Part shown: positions 50,936 to 63,900 of the stretch, in pieces
Layout: each line of letters starts with the position of its first letter
Numbering within the stretch: position 1 is the first letter of the stretch
Origin: Raja brachyura
Lineage: Eukaryota
DNA length: 64,000 bases
Reading direction: 5' to 3'
Assembly: GCA_963514005.1 (NCBI GenBank)
Contig: OY740809.1
Location: 20,832,001 to 20,896,000, forward strand
Translations under genes and position numbers: made by a program
Notes under the pieces: generated by a model
What the model saw: the letters and a program-made list of their open reading frames with translations, nothing else
Told to the model about the DNA's origin: nothing
The model's database searches: none

Positions 50936-52259
50936 CCTGCGCTCTAAGGGAGGCAGTTAGGAGATGGGATCAGGATGAAGGAGGATGAGATGGCGCAGAC
51001 GGGGAAAAAGGAGCAGATAAAATAATTTTCTCTGCACACATCCATAGGCATCCACATGTGTACATGAGAACAGAGACCGTTTGTTTGATCTCCTTGCCAT
51101 AAGATCAAGATCTTCCTCTGCTGAGTCCCTCTGGTAGTGTGGGAGCTGAACACTAACCCCACAATAAAATAGAGGGCATGTAGGTGTCTTCTGTTTCTCA
51201 GTACTTAAAGCATGTCATCCTTGACCCTGTGAGAGAGCCTCAGAAGAAGACAGCTTCTTCAAGGACCTCTCTTTTCACTTTCTCAGCCCACTGTTTGCTT
51301 ATCTGTCTGCTCTCATTTCCCGGCAACGATATGAATGAAACGAAGAATGTCGTGAACTGGGAATGAACTATTCATCATGTCTTTTTTTTATTGTAACATT
51401 TTTCTAATGTGGTTGGCTTGACAACTGTTTCCCAGCTGCAGAGCAGCTTTGGGGAAAATGTACATCTCCCGACCATCCCTGCTCGTTGATTGCCCGAGTG
51501 GTCACTGGATCTTTCCTGAAATTTTGCTTGCAAATTCTGGGCTTTCAATACAACATCGTTGCACTGAACAGCACCACAAAACAGCTGTTATGTTTGTCCC
51601 AATGTTGGCATTCAGGCCTTTAGCTGCTCCGTCCCTGTGCATTGTGATTCCTTCCCTGAACTTTTTCAACTCTTTGGCAGTATTCCTTTACTGCCTCTTT
51701 GTCTGGGTGTTTGGTTATCTAGCCTGGTTCCTCCTTCTGTGTTTTGGTGTTAAGCTTGTCTAATAACAGTGTATTCAAACCTTTCATTTTGCTTGAAAAA
51801 AGAGCTAGTTAAAACATGATTTATTTTTGTGGAGTGTTGAATTACAATAATTAAATGGCATCTCTCCACTGAGAACTATGAGAACATTCTTTGCTCCACT
51901 GGTGTTGAGGTAACCATGGACACTAAGCAAGCCTAATAACAATCTTAGTGTGGTTTTGGAACAGAAAAAATCAACAATGTGCTCCAATTCTCAGGCAGCA
52001 CCAGGAGAAATGTAGAAAATGCACAAAACTGGTAACTCGCCTCTATCAGTCTAACAGGATATGAACTGGGAAGATCACTGCGAAATGGGTTGCCCACTGG
52101 ACCACATCCGGTGTAAGGCGCAGGGAATGGTGGAGCACCATGGATCTATAAGATTGTGTGCTTATTCTACCACTGTTTGGGATATATTCTTCTGGTCACT
52201 CCACGAGTAACAAAATAAATGACCTCCCCTTTACATCAAATCAAAATCCACCATGTTCT

Positions 52260-52655
52260 CATCTTGATCGATTGGCCAGGTGGGCTGAGGAATGGTTGAT
52301 AGAATTTAATGCGGAGAAATGCGCGGTGTTGCATTTAGGGATGTCTAACAAAGGCAGGACCTGCACAGTGAATGATAGGCCTCTGGGGAGTGTTGTCCAG
52401 CAGGGATCTAGGAGTGCAGGTGCATGGTTCCTTGAAGGTCGAGTTGCAGGTTAATAAGGTGGTCACATTTGGCACATTGGCCTTCATCAGTCAGAGTATT
52501 GAGTATAGAAGTTATGAGGTCATGTTGCAGTTGTATAAGATTTTGGTGAGACCGCATTTAGAGTATTATGTTCAGTTCTGGGCACCATGTTATAGGAAAG
52601 ATATTTTCAAGCTTGAAAGGGTTCAGAGAAGATTTACAAGGATGCTGCCAGGTCT
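52260..52655 (+). mobile_element. CR1 LINE fragment
   Basis: LDRLARWAEEWLIEFNAEKC; LYKILVRPHLEYYVQFWAP. Confidence 0.85.
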
Positions 52656-53647
52656 ATGGGGGGTGTGAGGGAAAGGGAGAGGTTGAATATGTTTCTCCTC
52701 ACCACAGATCTGGGACAAGATTTAGTTTCCTCACAAATCAACATCAGAAGCCAAACTCTTTGGACTGCACTCAAGTTCACGTTTATTGGCTTGACCATTG
52801 TTTAAAACAATTATTTGATGTCTTAATCAAGATCAGGCTAGTTAAGTCATCAACTGGATGCAAGAGAGCTCAGCACAAAAATCTGGATTAATCAGAAGTG
52901 AACATTACATAAAAATAAAAGCATGCATGGTACTCTTGTTCTGAGAAAGTTAGTCATGAAGAAATTGCAACAAGGAAGATCGATAAACTGTTACCACATG
53001 CCCAATTCACATGTAATAAGTAGCAACTGTCAACAAACGCTGACTAAAACTGAAGTACATGAACATACCAAGCGACCCACTGCAAATGTTAAGCCAATGT
53101 TTTTGAGTCAGTTGGGTCATCTTTGTTGTTTTGGACAAAATCTTACCCTGCATCAATATTTTCACATTGTTAATAGCATTGCTTGCAAGGCCATCAGTAA
53201 TGTGCAATTTCCATTGGCTCTGTACACATGAAAGTATCTGTGTCTTCATTGGGATATTCCTGTAAGAGGATTATGTGAATTACATTGAATTTATCAAGAG
53301 TAAATGAAAAATTCAAGAGTAAATGAAAAAAATGATATGAAATACGTTAACCTGGCTCACTCCTGTGGAGTAAAAGAGCTGCTTGAGGGAATGAATGGCA
53401 TGTTTGCAATCACACAAATACAGGTTAATCTAACTTTTAATAACAGAGATTTATTCACCAATGAAATATTACCTCTGTTCAAATCCCAAAGCCTTCCTAA
53501 TTATTTTAAGGCATTTTTAAATTGTGCTGTATTGGAAAGACTGTAGTTGAACTGCAATTTAAAAATCAGATCATGTTTGGGGCGGTTACACATTTTTATG
53601 TCTCTTGTTTTTGGAGGAGAGCACAATTAATCAGTGGGATTAGTCAT

Positions 53648-54321
53648 NNNNNNNNNNNNNNNNNNNNNNNNNNNNNNNNNNNNNNNNNNNNNNNNNNNNN
53701 NNNNNNNNNNNNNNNNNNNNNNNNNNNNNNNNNNNNNNNNNNNNNNNNNNNNNNNNNNNNNNNNNNNNNNNNNNNNNNNNNNNNNNNNNNNNNNNNNNNN
53801 NNNNNNNNNNNNNNNNNNNNNNNNNNNNNNNNNNNNNNNNNNNNNNNNNNNNNNNNNNNNNNNNNNNNNNNNNNNNNNNNNNNNNNNNNNNNNNNNNNNN
53901 NNNNNNNNNNNNNNNNNNNNNNNNNNNNNNNNNNNNNNNNNNNNNNNNNNNNNNNNNNNNNNNNNNNNNNNNNNNNNNNNNNNNNNNNNNNNNNNNNNNN
54001 NNNNNNNNNNNNNNNNNNNNNNNNNNNNNNNNNNNNNNNNNNNNNNNNNNNNNNNNNNNNNNNNNNNNNNNNNNNNNNNNNNNNNNNNNNNNNNNNNNNN
54101 NNNNNNNNNNNNNNNNNNNNNNNNNNNNNNNNNNNNNNNNNNNNNNNNNNNNNNNNNNNNNNNNNNNNNNNNNNNNNNNNNNNNNNNNNNNNNNNNNNNN
54201 NNNNNNNNNNNNNNNNNNNNNNNNNNNNNNNNNNNNNNNNNNNNNNNNNNNNNNNNNNNNNNNNNNNNNNNNNNNNNNNNNNNNNNNNNNNNNNNNNNNN
54301 NNNNNNNNNNNNNNNNNNNNN
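53648..54321. other. Assembly gap (674 N)
   Basis: N run; the flanking exons are contiguous in the protein, so no constitutive exon appears to be lost. Confidence 0.99.
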
Positions 54322-54529
54322 NTCTCTCTGTTTCAATGCACCTAAATGACTAATCCCACTGATAAATTTAATTTGATTATTGGAGCACAGAGTTCAGCAA
54401 AATCATTAATTCTCTCTTGTAAACAAATAACTAACAGTGACAGTAACTTTTACATAATTGAAATTGTGGCTTAATGCAAACTGCAGCAGTGTTTTATGGG
54501 ATAAAATGATACGTGCCTGGCAAAATTAT

Positions 54530-54865
54530 TATTTATTTTTTTTAAAAATATCTTTATTTATTAGAGGTACCGCAAGTTACATCAGTGTACATCCCTTATA
54601 TTGCATTACAGTCATTGTACCCCTTAATTTTTTTTAAGGCTTTAAAAAAGAGAGAAAAGAGAGAGAAATAACAGCAAAGAGAGTAGAAGAGTGAAAAAGA
54701 GATGTGAAAGTGCAAAAGCGTGACGGAGGGAAAGGAAACCCTTGAGGAGTTAGAGACCGGAGATTAAGAGATAGAGGAAAAAAAGAAAAAGGGAAAGTAA
54801 GAGAAGGAAAGAAGAAAAGCCAGTTACTTTATTATAAACATCTCGCAAAAGGAATCTACCAACTC
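54530..54865 (-). mobile_element. Possible poly(A)-tailed retroelement 3' UTR fragment
   Basis: T-run and tttatt at the left end, purine-rich body, possible gcaaaatta TSD; family unknown. Confidence 0.35.
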
Positions 54866-55121
54866 TGCAAAATTAATTCTAATAGTACAGGGTTACAACC
54901 TGGATAGTTAATGGAAAAATCACTTGAACTTGTTCTTTACAGTTGTTGAGTTTCATTATAAATTCCAAGATAGATTTCTAATCTTTGCAATGGGCAATTG
55001 CAGCGTTTTCTCGTCCCTCAGTCATTTATATTCTGTCCCCATTCGGCTTGATAATTAATATGGCCATTGAAGCAATGGACTGAAGGTTGGTTAAAAATAA
55101 ATCTTCCCCTGTATCCTGTAG

Positions 55122-55226
55122 GACCTAAAGAAAGAACTGGAGCAGAAGCAAATGTTTATTAAGTCCCACCAGGAGACAGGAGAACAGCTTTCGCTGGAGA
55201 GCCATCCCGCCAGGCAGACGGTGGAG
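55122..55226 (+). CDS. MACF1: Exon: DLKKELEQKQMFIKSHQETGEQLSLESHPARQTVE
   Basis: ctgtag|GAC...GAG|gtaatt, 105 nt. Confidence 0.94.
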
Positions 55227-55896
55227 GTAATTTGTCCAACTCATCTGTGAAGTTTTGACAATCATTATTGAATTTTAATTTCATGGCTGAATTAAATTGG
55301 TTGATTTCTTGATTGTTTAATTAATTGTTTAATTGTTGCAGTTAAATAATAAGATGATTCTGCTGGTTTAAGTTTAGATTTGCAATTCATGGCAATTGTT
55401 CCAATGATTTGCAGCATTACCTCTTGTTTTCTGGAGCAGCAGTTAAAACCCCAGCCTCAAGTTGTGCTCCCTGACTGTTCATTGAGTGTCTAGATTTTAA
55501 AGTCTCTATCAGGGCATGTTAGATGCTGGCAGGATTACCTCTGCTTGCTGAAATATAACATATGTTAATTATCAGATAATCATTTTAATTCCCGAACAAT
55601 TGACCATGATCTTGCCAACCATATAACATTGTAGGGGATGGAGAGGCATCTTACTAATAATTGTGGTGCCTTCAGGGTTCGGCATTCTATCATTCAGTGA
55701 TATCAGTCAGTGAAATTCGAGGTAGATGACATTTTCTGTGTATTTCTAATAATGGATACAATCAATCTTGTAGATAAACACCAAGATTGATGGGCTTGGC
55801 ACCATGCTCAGCACAGACATAGTGGGCCGAAGGGCCTGTTCGTGTTCTATACTGTTCTATGTATCTTTGCTTAATGTACCCATGTCAGTTTAGTAA

Positions 55897-56224
55897 AGGG
55901 CCTGTCCCACTGTATGAGGTCATTCAAGAGTTCTCCCGAGTTCTCCCCTGATTCGAGCTCGTGTAATGTACGTAGCAGGTACGTAGGAGCTTGTGGATGC
56001 CCCGCTGAGGCTCGTACGAGTAACGGTAGGTACTCGGGAAATCCGGTAAACTCGTGACATTTTTTCAACACCCTGAAAAATGTCCACGAGTAAAAAAAAT
56101 ACTCGTGATGAAAAGAAATTGTTATTTTTTACTCGTACGAGCCCCTACGTACCCGCTACGTACATTACACGAGCTCGAATCAGGAGAGAACTCTTGAATT
56201 ACCTCGTACAGTGGGACAGGCCCT
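55897..56224. mobile_element. PIF/Harbinger-type MITE (same TIR family as 38817-39118)
   Basis: TIR agggcctgtcccactgta.gaggt.attcaagagttctc; TAA TSD at 55894-55896 and 56225-56227. Confidence 0.88.
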
Positions 56225-56829
56225 TAATACAATTAAATCTGTTCATTACAACTAAGAATATTGTTGTTTAATGCAGGGACAGAGTTCTATTAACTGCAAG
56301 AGACTTTACAGAGAATGGGAAAATAATATTGGGGTAAAGACTAGATGGTGGAGGTGGCCTGAGGGGTGACTGGCCGACTCCACCTCCTGTTTCATAAGTT
56401 GGTGTGTTTGTTGCGTAACATTTCAAAGCTGATATCCAACAATGCTGCCCCAATTAAATATGTCAAAGGTATACTGACTGTTTTGAGTTGTGGGGGAATG
56501 ATTTAGATATAGGAGCTGGGGAATAATGAAGCAAGCAGATCAATACCCTTGTGTATTTTTGTCAAAATCTTCCAACATTCAGTCCGCCCCTATTTGACAA
56601 TATTCCAGAATATAGTTGTTAACTATTTTGTGGTGATGTTGCATCCAATCAGCAAGTCCAATAGGGAGGAATTCATCACAGATGATACGGACGTTCTTGT
56701 CCAAAATTATTATTTTTGTAATTAAAAAAATTGAGGCTGCTCTCTAATGTGACATAGTTTCAATCAAAAGCTCAATATAAGGAACATTAAGGTGTGCAAC
56801 TTCTTATTAAGCTGCCATTTACTTTCAAG

Positions 56830-56925
56830 GCATACAGTGCAGCACTTCAGACACAGTGGCACTGGATCAAACAGCTGTGCTGTTGTGTGGAGCAACATGT
56901 GAAAGATAACACTACCTACTTCCAG
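56830..56925 (+). CDS. MACF1: Exon: AYSAALQTQWHWIKQLCCCVEQHVKDNTTYFQ
   Basis: ttcaag|GCA...CAG|gtaaaa, 96 nt. Confidence 0.95.
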
Positions 56926-57604
56926 GTAAAATATATTGCTTTTATTTGCAGCAAACATGCTAACTATAAATGTAATATCAAGGAACTGCAGATGCTGGTT
57001 TACCAAAGAAAGACACAAAGTGTGATAAAGGTTGAACACCGGTTTTCTGCGACCCTCTGTTCTAGAGCCTTTCTGGATTATTTATTTCTCCGTACTAACA
57101 GAGGTCGCGTAATAATGAAAGGATAATACAACCCTGGGTCTGCTAATGACCACTCCCATGTCTCTAAAGCACCATGAAGTTCCATAAACTGAAATAAAAC
57201 AAATATAAAAAGTAAACTGAATGGAATGACCCACCGACCCATCCCATGCTCCCTGGCCATTTAGAGCTCAGGCTTCCAACCGCACTCCTGACCTGCAAAG
57301 TGCACCAGAGAGCCCATCTTCATCTTGTGACACGGCTGTTGTTCCGGCTGACATTGTAGCCCCCGGTGACAGAACTTTCTTCGGGCCGCCGCCACTGACA
57401 GAACGCGATCGGTCACCATGGGGCTCCCTCCCTTCTCACCTGCTGCTGCCTCTTGCTGCCGGCTGTGACTTTGTCCGCTCCCCGCTCGACCGTCACCACC
57501 CCCTCCTCCTGATACTGTCCAGTAGAGGTTTGGAGGAATAGTTTCTTTTTCAGCTATTTCTGATTATTAAGAAGCGAGCTATTTGTATTCATCTTGTCTT
57601 GCAG

Positions 57605-57730
57605 TTTCTAAGTGATGTTAAAGAAGCAGAACAATATTTACGAAACCTGCAGGAGACAATAAGGAGAAAATACAAGTGTGATCGGACCAGTAGTCTGTCA
57701 AAACTGGAGGATCTACTTCAAGATTCAATG
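57605..57730 (+). CDS. MACF1: Exon: [42 protein letters not shown]
   Basis: ttgcag|TTT...ATG|gtatgg, 126 nt. Confidence 0.95.
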
Positions 57731-57819
57731 GTATGGAGAGTTTTGTGCCTGTTGAAAATGTGTATGAATCCAGCATTAATAATTGTCTCATTGAGATATA
57801 TAGAAATGGCAGCTTCTTA

Positions 57820-58050
57820 AGTTCATAAATTCATGTTCTAGGAGCAGAATAAGGCCATTCAGCCCATCAAGCCTACTCTGCCAGTCAATCATGGCTTATC
57901 TATCTTTTCCTCTCAATCCCATTCTGCCTTTGCGCCATAACCCCTGAGCCTCACTAATCAAGAATCTGTCATTATCCGCCTTGGTCCATTGACTTGGTCT
58001 CCACAGCCGTCTGTGGCAATGAATTCCACAGATTCACCACCCTCTGACTA
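57820..58050 (-). mobile_element. CR1 3' end
   Basis: ggccattcagcccatc...ggcaatgaattccacagattcaccaccctctgacta. Confidence 0.75.
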
Positions 58051-58689
58051 AATCTTCATGGATGATTGCCTGTTATTTCAAAATCCTTTCCAGAAAGACC
58101 CTGAATTAAGCAGATAAATTAATCTTCTACCAAGTATTACACTAATGATATCAGGGTCATCATAGTGATTTACAGCTTGTGAGCTGTCCTGTTTTAGTTC
58201 AATCGTTGCAAAGAAAGTGGGGAAACTCTGAGATGAAAGAATGTTAGGACATTTTTTATGAAAGCTGAAGGCATACATATTTAAACGTCATTACAGTGGA
58301 GCAGGGTTAATTGAATTAGAGATGTAAATAGTTGTTCTGAAGTTTCTTCAGGTGAAGCAGTTATTGAAGTAGTGCCAAAGATATTGGGTATAAGAAAATG
58401 GAATTCATTCATCTTAGAAAGTAAGTAGGTCATTTTCAGCTCACGTGATAGATCTGCATATGAAAAGTTAATTCTAGAACACCCAAATGTGTACTAACCA
58501 GCTTGGTCCAAGAATATATATTTTTTAAGTGGTTTTGCCAGTGAGGCTAAAATGTTTCTTGCTCTGCTCCAGATTACACTATAAATCAATGATCTAATGG
58601 AACTGTTCATACCTGATCAAGCAGTGCCTTATGGAGGGAAACTGCACAGTTTATTTGTTTAACTGTTTACTGAACCTCATTGTAATATA

Positions 58690-58888
58690 CAGCTAGTCCT
58701 CGACCTACGATGGAGTTACGTCCCGATAAACCCATCGTAAACCTAAAATATCGCAAGTCAAAAACGCATTTAATACATTGCGATCACATGACCTGACGTG
58801 ACGTGTGGCTCGCTACCCTTGTTGAGCGTTTGCCGATCATAAAGTCGAAATATCACAAGTTGAAGCATCATAAATCGGGGAGCACCTA
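58690..58888. mobile_element. Tc1/mariner pogo/Tigger-type MITE resembling MER47/Tigger5
   Basis: TA|cagctagtcctcgacctacgatggagttacgtcccgataaacccatcgtaa...gcatttaatac; 3' end atcataaagtcgaaa...catcataaatcggggagcacct. Confidence 0.75.
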
Positions 58889-59256
58889 AATAGATTCCTA
58901 AAACTTTGTCAACTTGTACTGAATTCAAACATGTTATTATAGGAAGAGAATAACCATTTCCGGATCCATCAGTCTTAATTTTGATTTTCACAAACTGTTG
59001 TTTGGAGATTCTTAGTAATTACATTCTGAGCTAACGATATAAAGTGCTAAATTTCTCCTTCATTTGAAATTTATCAAAATTTTTCTTTTATGTCATTATT
59101 TTTAGATCAAATAATTTTTGGTCTTGCTAAAGAATCTGAATTAGTACAATACATTTTATCCATTTTATTTCATCTAGAACAGCACAAAAGTTTTGCATAT
59201 GTCAATTAATGTAATATCAGTTTATGTTCATTTCAAGTTTTAAAAGTTATGAGGTT

Positions 59257-59575
59257 GCGGCACAGTGGTGCAGCTGCTAGAGCTGCTGCCTCAAAGGGCC
59301 AGAAACCCTGGTGCGATCCGGACCTCGGGTGCAGTCTGAGTGAAATTTGCATGTTCTCTCAGCATTTCCTCCTGGTACTCCACTTTCCTCGCACATTCCC
59401 AAAATGTGTGGGGTGGTTGGTTAATTGGCCTCTATAAATTGCCCCTAGTGTATCGGGAGTGCATGTGAAAGTGGGATAACATTGAAATGATGTGAACGGG
59501 TGATCGATGGTCAGCATGGTCTTGGTGTGCATAATGGCCTGGTTTCATCTTCTGTCTCTAAAGCAACAAAAAGTC
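59257..59575 (+). mobile_element. HE1-like tRNA-derived V-SINE, near full length
   Basis: A box tggtgcagctgctag, B box ggtgcgatcc, V-domain, CR1-like tail. Confidence 0.8.
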
Positions 59576-59984
59576 TAAAGCTTAGCCACAAAACTCCTTC
59601 CATTTTTTTCTGTTACATTACACTTTGGTTGCATTGTCTAAGCATGTCCCCTAGAGGGCCAAACATAAGCAAAGCAAAATCTGGTCTGCAAAATTGAAAC
59701 TCAGCTCCTAAGTTATTCTAATCGGCGAAAATATATTTATTTAATTGCAGCTGGTCTTTGAAGACTTCTTAGTTTAGTTTCATTTTTTAATGAAATTACC
59801 TTTTTGTAGTTTTAAATATCTAAATTGAAAGCTATATTTAATCTGGATTATTAAAGTTGCTTTTTGGTTATGGTTTGTTCATTTCATGTGCAGGTCCTCC
59901 CGCTCGTCAGTTCTAATTTGTTTCCATGGTATTGTTTTCTCTTTCAATACCGAGGGGTTTGAATGTAGTTTTTTCCCTTTGCAG

Positions 59985-60137
59985 GATGAAAAGGAACAAC
60001 TGATAAAGTACAAGAGTTGCGTAGCGGGTCTCGTCGGAAGAGCAAAAACAATTGTCCAGTTGAAACCACGAAATCCTGATAATGTTCTAAAAGGGACGAT
60101 CCCAATCAGAGCGATCTGCGACTACAGGCAAATCGAG
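59985..60137 (+). CDS. MACF1: Exon, start of SH3: [51 protein letters not shown]
   Basis: ttgcag|GAT...GAG|gtatga, 153 nt. Confidence 0.96.
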
Positions 60138-61186
60138 GTATGACCTCTTTATCGGCACACAGTGAAATATTTAAAAGATGAGAAAATACTGAAGTGCTTT
60201 CAGCAATGAGTCTAATTCGGTATTAAAATATGATAAATACAATCTCCATATTTAGCCTTGGGTGGCTTGTACCTAACATTGGCACTGACATCTTGTTCGT
60301 ATAATATAAAATTTCAACTCTGTAGTGTTTTATTAAGTGAGAAATTTAATAAATGTTGCAAACAATGTTTTTATCCCTATTCCCTCACTTCCCCCTGCCC
60401 TGTCTCTGTTATTTCTCATGGGAGCCGCTTGGCACCATGCAGCATCCATCAACGGGGAAGGTTACAGGGTCTGGGCCGCTGTCTTCACTCCATTACCTCG
60501 GTCAATGTCACTCCGGGATTGGCCAAAAGGAGGTACGTTTTTATTGGGGTCATCCAACCATGCCAATTTTTCCCTTCATCAGAGATGGCGCATTGTGCAA
60601 TGCACCTCGCTTTAAAAAAAAAATGTATATGCAATACAACTTGGAAATATCACTCCCAAGCAATTGTGCTTTAATAATTGTCACTATTCAAAACCATGAC
60701 CATTTGGTTGAGGAGTGGACTTTCAAGAATTGAAAAAGAATCTTATTAATCACAAATGTACAGTAAACTAAATTTTGTGACAAACTATATCCGCTATTTT
60801 TATTTTGTCACAACTTCTTATCCTCATTCAACGAAAAATTGACTAACTGTAGTCCAAGTTTCTGGAATTCTACAATTAGTGGATCATCATTTGTCTTGAT
60901 GATTTATTTTGGTTCATTGGGTCAGCACCATAAAGCACTGGATCCCTTGCAGCACTTCACATTCATTGTTGATGCACAATTTCTTTTCAGTGGCCATGGA
61001 CCAAAACCTAATATCCAAAAGCATAAGGAAATTAAAATGTAGATGCTTCATTTTCTATTTAAGTAAATGTGTCCCCTGCAAGTTTGGTTGTGCTTCTGTT
61101 AAGAAATGTTCTGTTTTATGATAAAATGGAATGAAGTATTGGTAATGATTAATGTGCTCGAGTTATAACTTTGTAATTATTGACAG

Positions 61187-61341
61187 ATCACTGTTTGTAA
61201 GAATGATGAGTGTGTTCTGGAGGATAACTCACACAGAACGAAATGGAAGGTTATTAGTCCCACTGGTAACGAGGCCATGGTTCCATCGGTCTGCTTCACA
61301 ATCCCTGCGCCCAACCAGGAGGCCATTGACACTAGCAACAG
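61187..61341 (+). CDS. MACF1: Exon, SH3: [51 protein letters not shown](R)
   Basis: tgacag|ATC...AG|gtaata, 155 nt. Confidence 0.96.
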
Positions 61342-61449
61342 GTAATAAACGATATAAAGCATTTTGTTCCTGTTATAGATGGTAATCTTGTCGCAGAATA
61401 CTATCAACTGATTGATTACATTTGAAAACACTGGGAATTTCATGGAACA

Positions 61450-61975
61450 TTCAGCGTAGCACATCACAAGAATTGGCCCTTTGGCCCACAATGCTTATGC
61501 CGAACATGATGCCAAGCTAAACCGGTCTCATTGCCTGCACATGATCCATGCCCCTCTATTCCTTGCACTTGCATGTGGCTGTCTAAAAGTCTCTTAAATA
61601 CCATTATTGTACCTGCCTCCACCACCTCCATCCATGGCAATACGCCCCCACCTCTCTGTGTAAAAAAAAAGCTTGCCTCGCATATCTCCATTAAACTTTT
61701 CCCCTCTTACCTGATAGCTATGCCCTCTAGTGTTGGACATTTCCACTCTCGGTGGAAACAGGTTCTGACTTTTATGCTATCCATACCTCTCCTTATTCTA
61801 TATACCCATCAGGTCTCCCCTCAACCTCCGATGTTCTAGAGGAAACAATCCAAGTTTACCCAACCTCTCCTTGGAGCTGAAACCCACCAATCCAGGCAGC
61901 ATTTTGGTAAACCACCTCTGCACCCTCTCCAAAGACACCACTCCCTTCCTGGAACGGGCAACCTGAATATGATTC
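61450..61975 (-). mobile_element. CR1 3' fragment filling most of the intron
   Basis: LERVQRWFTKMLPGL...RRLRGDL; VVEAGTIMVFKRLLDSHM. Confidence 0.85.
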
Positions 61976-62031
61976 CCTGCTATTTTGTAAAATGGATGAT
62001 ATTTTCTGAGATCTTTAATCATGTGTTTCAG

Positions 62032-62158
62032 AATTGAACAGATATATCAGAATGTTATGGCTTTGTGGCACCAACTGCACCTTAATATGAAAAGTGTTGT
62101 GGCTTGGAATTACCTAGTGAAAGATATTGAAACTATTCACACTTGGAACAAAGACACT
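62032..62158 (+). CDS. MACF1: Exon: IEQIYQNVMALWHQLHLNMKSVVAWNYLVKDIETIHTWNKDT
   Basis: tttcag|A...ACT|gtacgt, 127 nt. Confidence 0.95.
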
Positions 62159-62597
62159 GTACGTATCCACTATTTTTTCTTACATATTGCAGTCAGACCC
62201 TATCAAAAAAGTATAAATCTGTCATCCTACCCTGTAATTTGCCATTCATTCCTGGTTATATTTCTACAAGATAGACCCTTTTGGTTTGCAGAAGTTGTTC
62301 TTGTAAAATGTATCACATGTAGCCTTGTGTAAATGATGGTTAACATTTCCAGATTCGGTTTAAATAACCTCTTTAATATGATCAACGTTTTACATGAGAA
62401 TATTTTAACTATGAAATGCAAATTGTATATTAACTTCCTTAGAATATATTTTGTTTTATTGGGTACCAATGTTTCCGTAAAACCTCCTTACAGATCAGTG
62501 CAGGATGCTAACTTCTCCAAGTTTGCTTGGAGAATGAAGGCCACTTATGACAGTTGTATATCAAGTTTTCACAATCTCAATACAATTGGCATTTCAG

Positions 62598-62781
62598 ATT
62601 AAAACACTCGAAGCAACCGAGCAGCAGCAACTGATGAAAAACCTCCAGGTGCATTATGAGGATTTCCTTGAAGACAGCCAGGAGTCGCAAGTGTTTTCCA
62701 TTGCGGACAGACTGCGGTTAGAGGAAGAGGTGGATGGTTGTAAGGAGCATTACGAGCAGCTATTGGCCACCATGGAAACAG
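62598..62781 (+). CDS. MACF1: Exon: IKTLEATEQQQLMKNLQVHYEDFLEDSQESQVFSIADRLRLEEEVDGCKEHYEQLLATMET
   Basis: tttcag|ATT...G|gtcagt, 184 nt, phase 0/1. Confidence 0.95.
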
Positions 62782-63149
62782 GTCAGTTGAAAAACCCTCG
62801 CGATATCACATCGTATGCCCTTCGATTAGTGTCATCAGCGTAATTATTTTCTATAATAACACCGTTGTTGACATAGCATTCAAAGTTTCTTTCAAAAGCA
62901 ACCTGTGGATTTAGATTTCCACTTCTTTAAATATCCGCCCATTCATCCCAACAACAAAACATCAGCCACCGCAGAAAAATAACACGATCCATTGAATGTA
63001 ACTTTTTTTCTAGCAACGGCAGTGTAGGACATAAATTATTGACTTTAATTCATGAAAAACTGGAGTCATAGATGAAAGGATAGGGCAGAGCTTGTACACT
63101 CTCACTTCCTACCATGTGAAAGTGGGTAGCATGTGTGGCAACAATGCAT

Positions 63150-63900
63150 CACCTCTGCACCAGCTCATTTCATTTGAAAGGGAGAACAACAACACACCTA
63201 CACAAGCCCTCTCCTCCTGATGACCCTATGTTCTCAGTCCCTGATACCAACATCAGAGTATACTTCAAGCAGCTGAATCGATGCAAAGTACCCAGCCCAG
63301 GCAGCATCCCTGGCTAAGTGCTGAGGTCTGTGCGCACCAACTGGCTGGAGCATTCAATTACCTCTTCAACCCCTCACTTCTATGGTCTGAGGTTCCCAAC
63401 TGCTTCAAAAGGGCACCTATTGTACTGGGTTCCCAAGAAGATCACGGTTACTATCATCAGTTAGCACTTGCACCCTCCGTAATGAGGTCTTTCAAGAAGT
63501 TGGTTGTGACGCGAATCAGCTCCTGCCTCAGAAATGACCCAAATCTACACCAATTTGGGTATCGGTGATAGGTCAACAGCAGATGCTATTTCTCTAGTTC
63601 TCCACTCTGCTCTGGACCATCTGGCTAACAGAAACACTTGCGTCAGCTTGCTGTCCATCAGCTACAGCTCAGCATTTGACACAGTCACCCTCTCTAAACT
63701 TATCAGGATCCAGTTTCTGGGCCTCTGTACCTCCCTTTCGCAACTGGAATTCTCTTTGGCAGACCTCGGTCAATGTAGATTGCAAACCACAGCTCCTCAT
63801 CACTGACCAACAAAATGGGGGTACCTCAGGGCTATGTGCTTAGCCCCCACTCCATACTCTTTACACGCATAACTGCAAGCACAGCTCCAATGCCATGCTG
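63150..63900 (+). mobile_element. Rex1/Babar-clade LINE RT fragment (frameshifted)
   Basis: CAHQLAGAF..LFNPSL...VPNCFKRAPIV, HQFGYR, RSTADAISLVLHSALDHL and YSSAFDTV. Confidence 0.8.

Larger units (their letters stand above)
3716..62781 (+). other. MACF1: MACF1/ACF7 spectraplakin gene, internal part (22 constitutive exons, about 945 codons: CH1-CH2 actin-binding domain and plakin domain with SH3)
   Basis: All exons are AG/GT bounded with compatible phases (2836 nt spliced, no stops). Diagnostic peptides [58 protein letters not shown] and LELLLQIANKIQNGALNCEEKLTLAKNTLQA match recalled MACF1 better than DST. Confidence 0.92.

Noticed and set aside
53522-54353. Long ORFs of 230-275 aa
   Set aside because: Artefacts of the N run.
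59257-59330. tRNA gene
   Set aside because: The A/B boxes belong to a SINE head; there is no cloverleaf and a V-domain follows.
3716-62781. Assignment to DST or PLEC
   Set aside because: A few residues are DST-like (ALDYLK, TEGY, NAIIH), but most diagnostic positions and the alternative first exon match MACF1. A phylogeny or synteny check would settle it.
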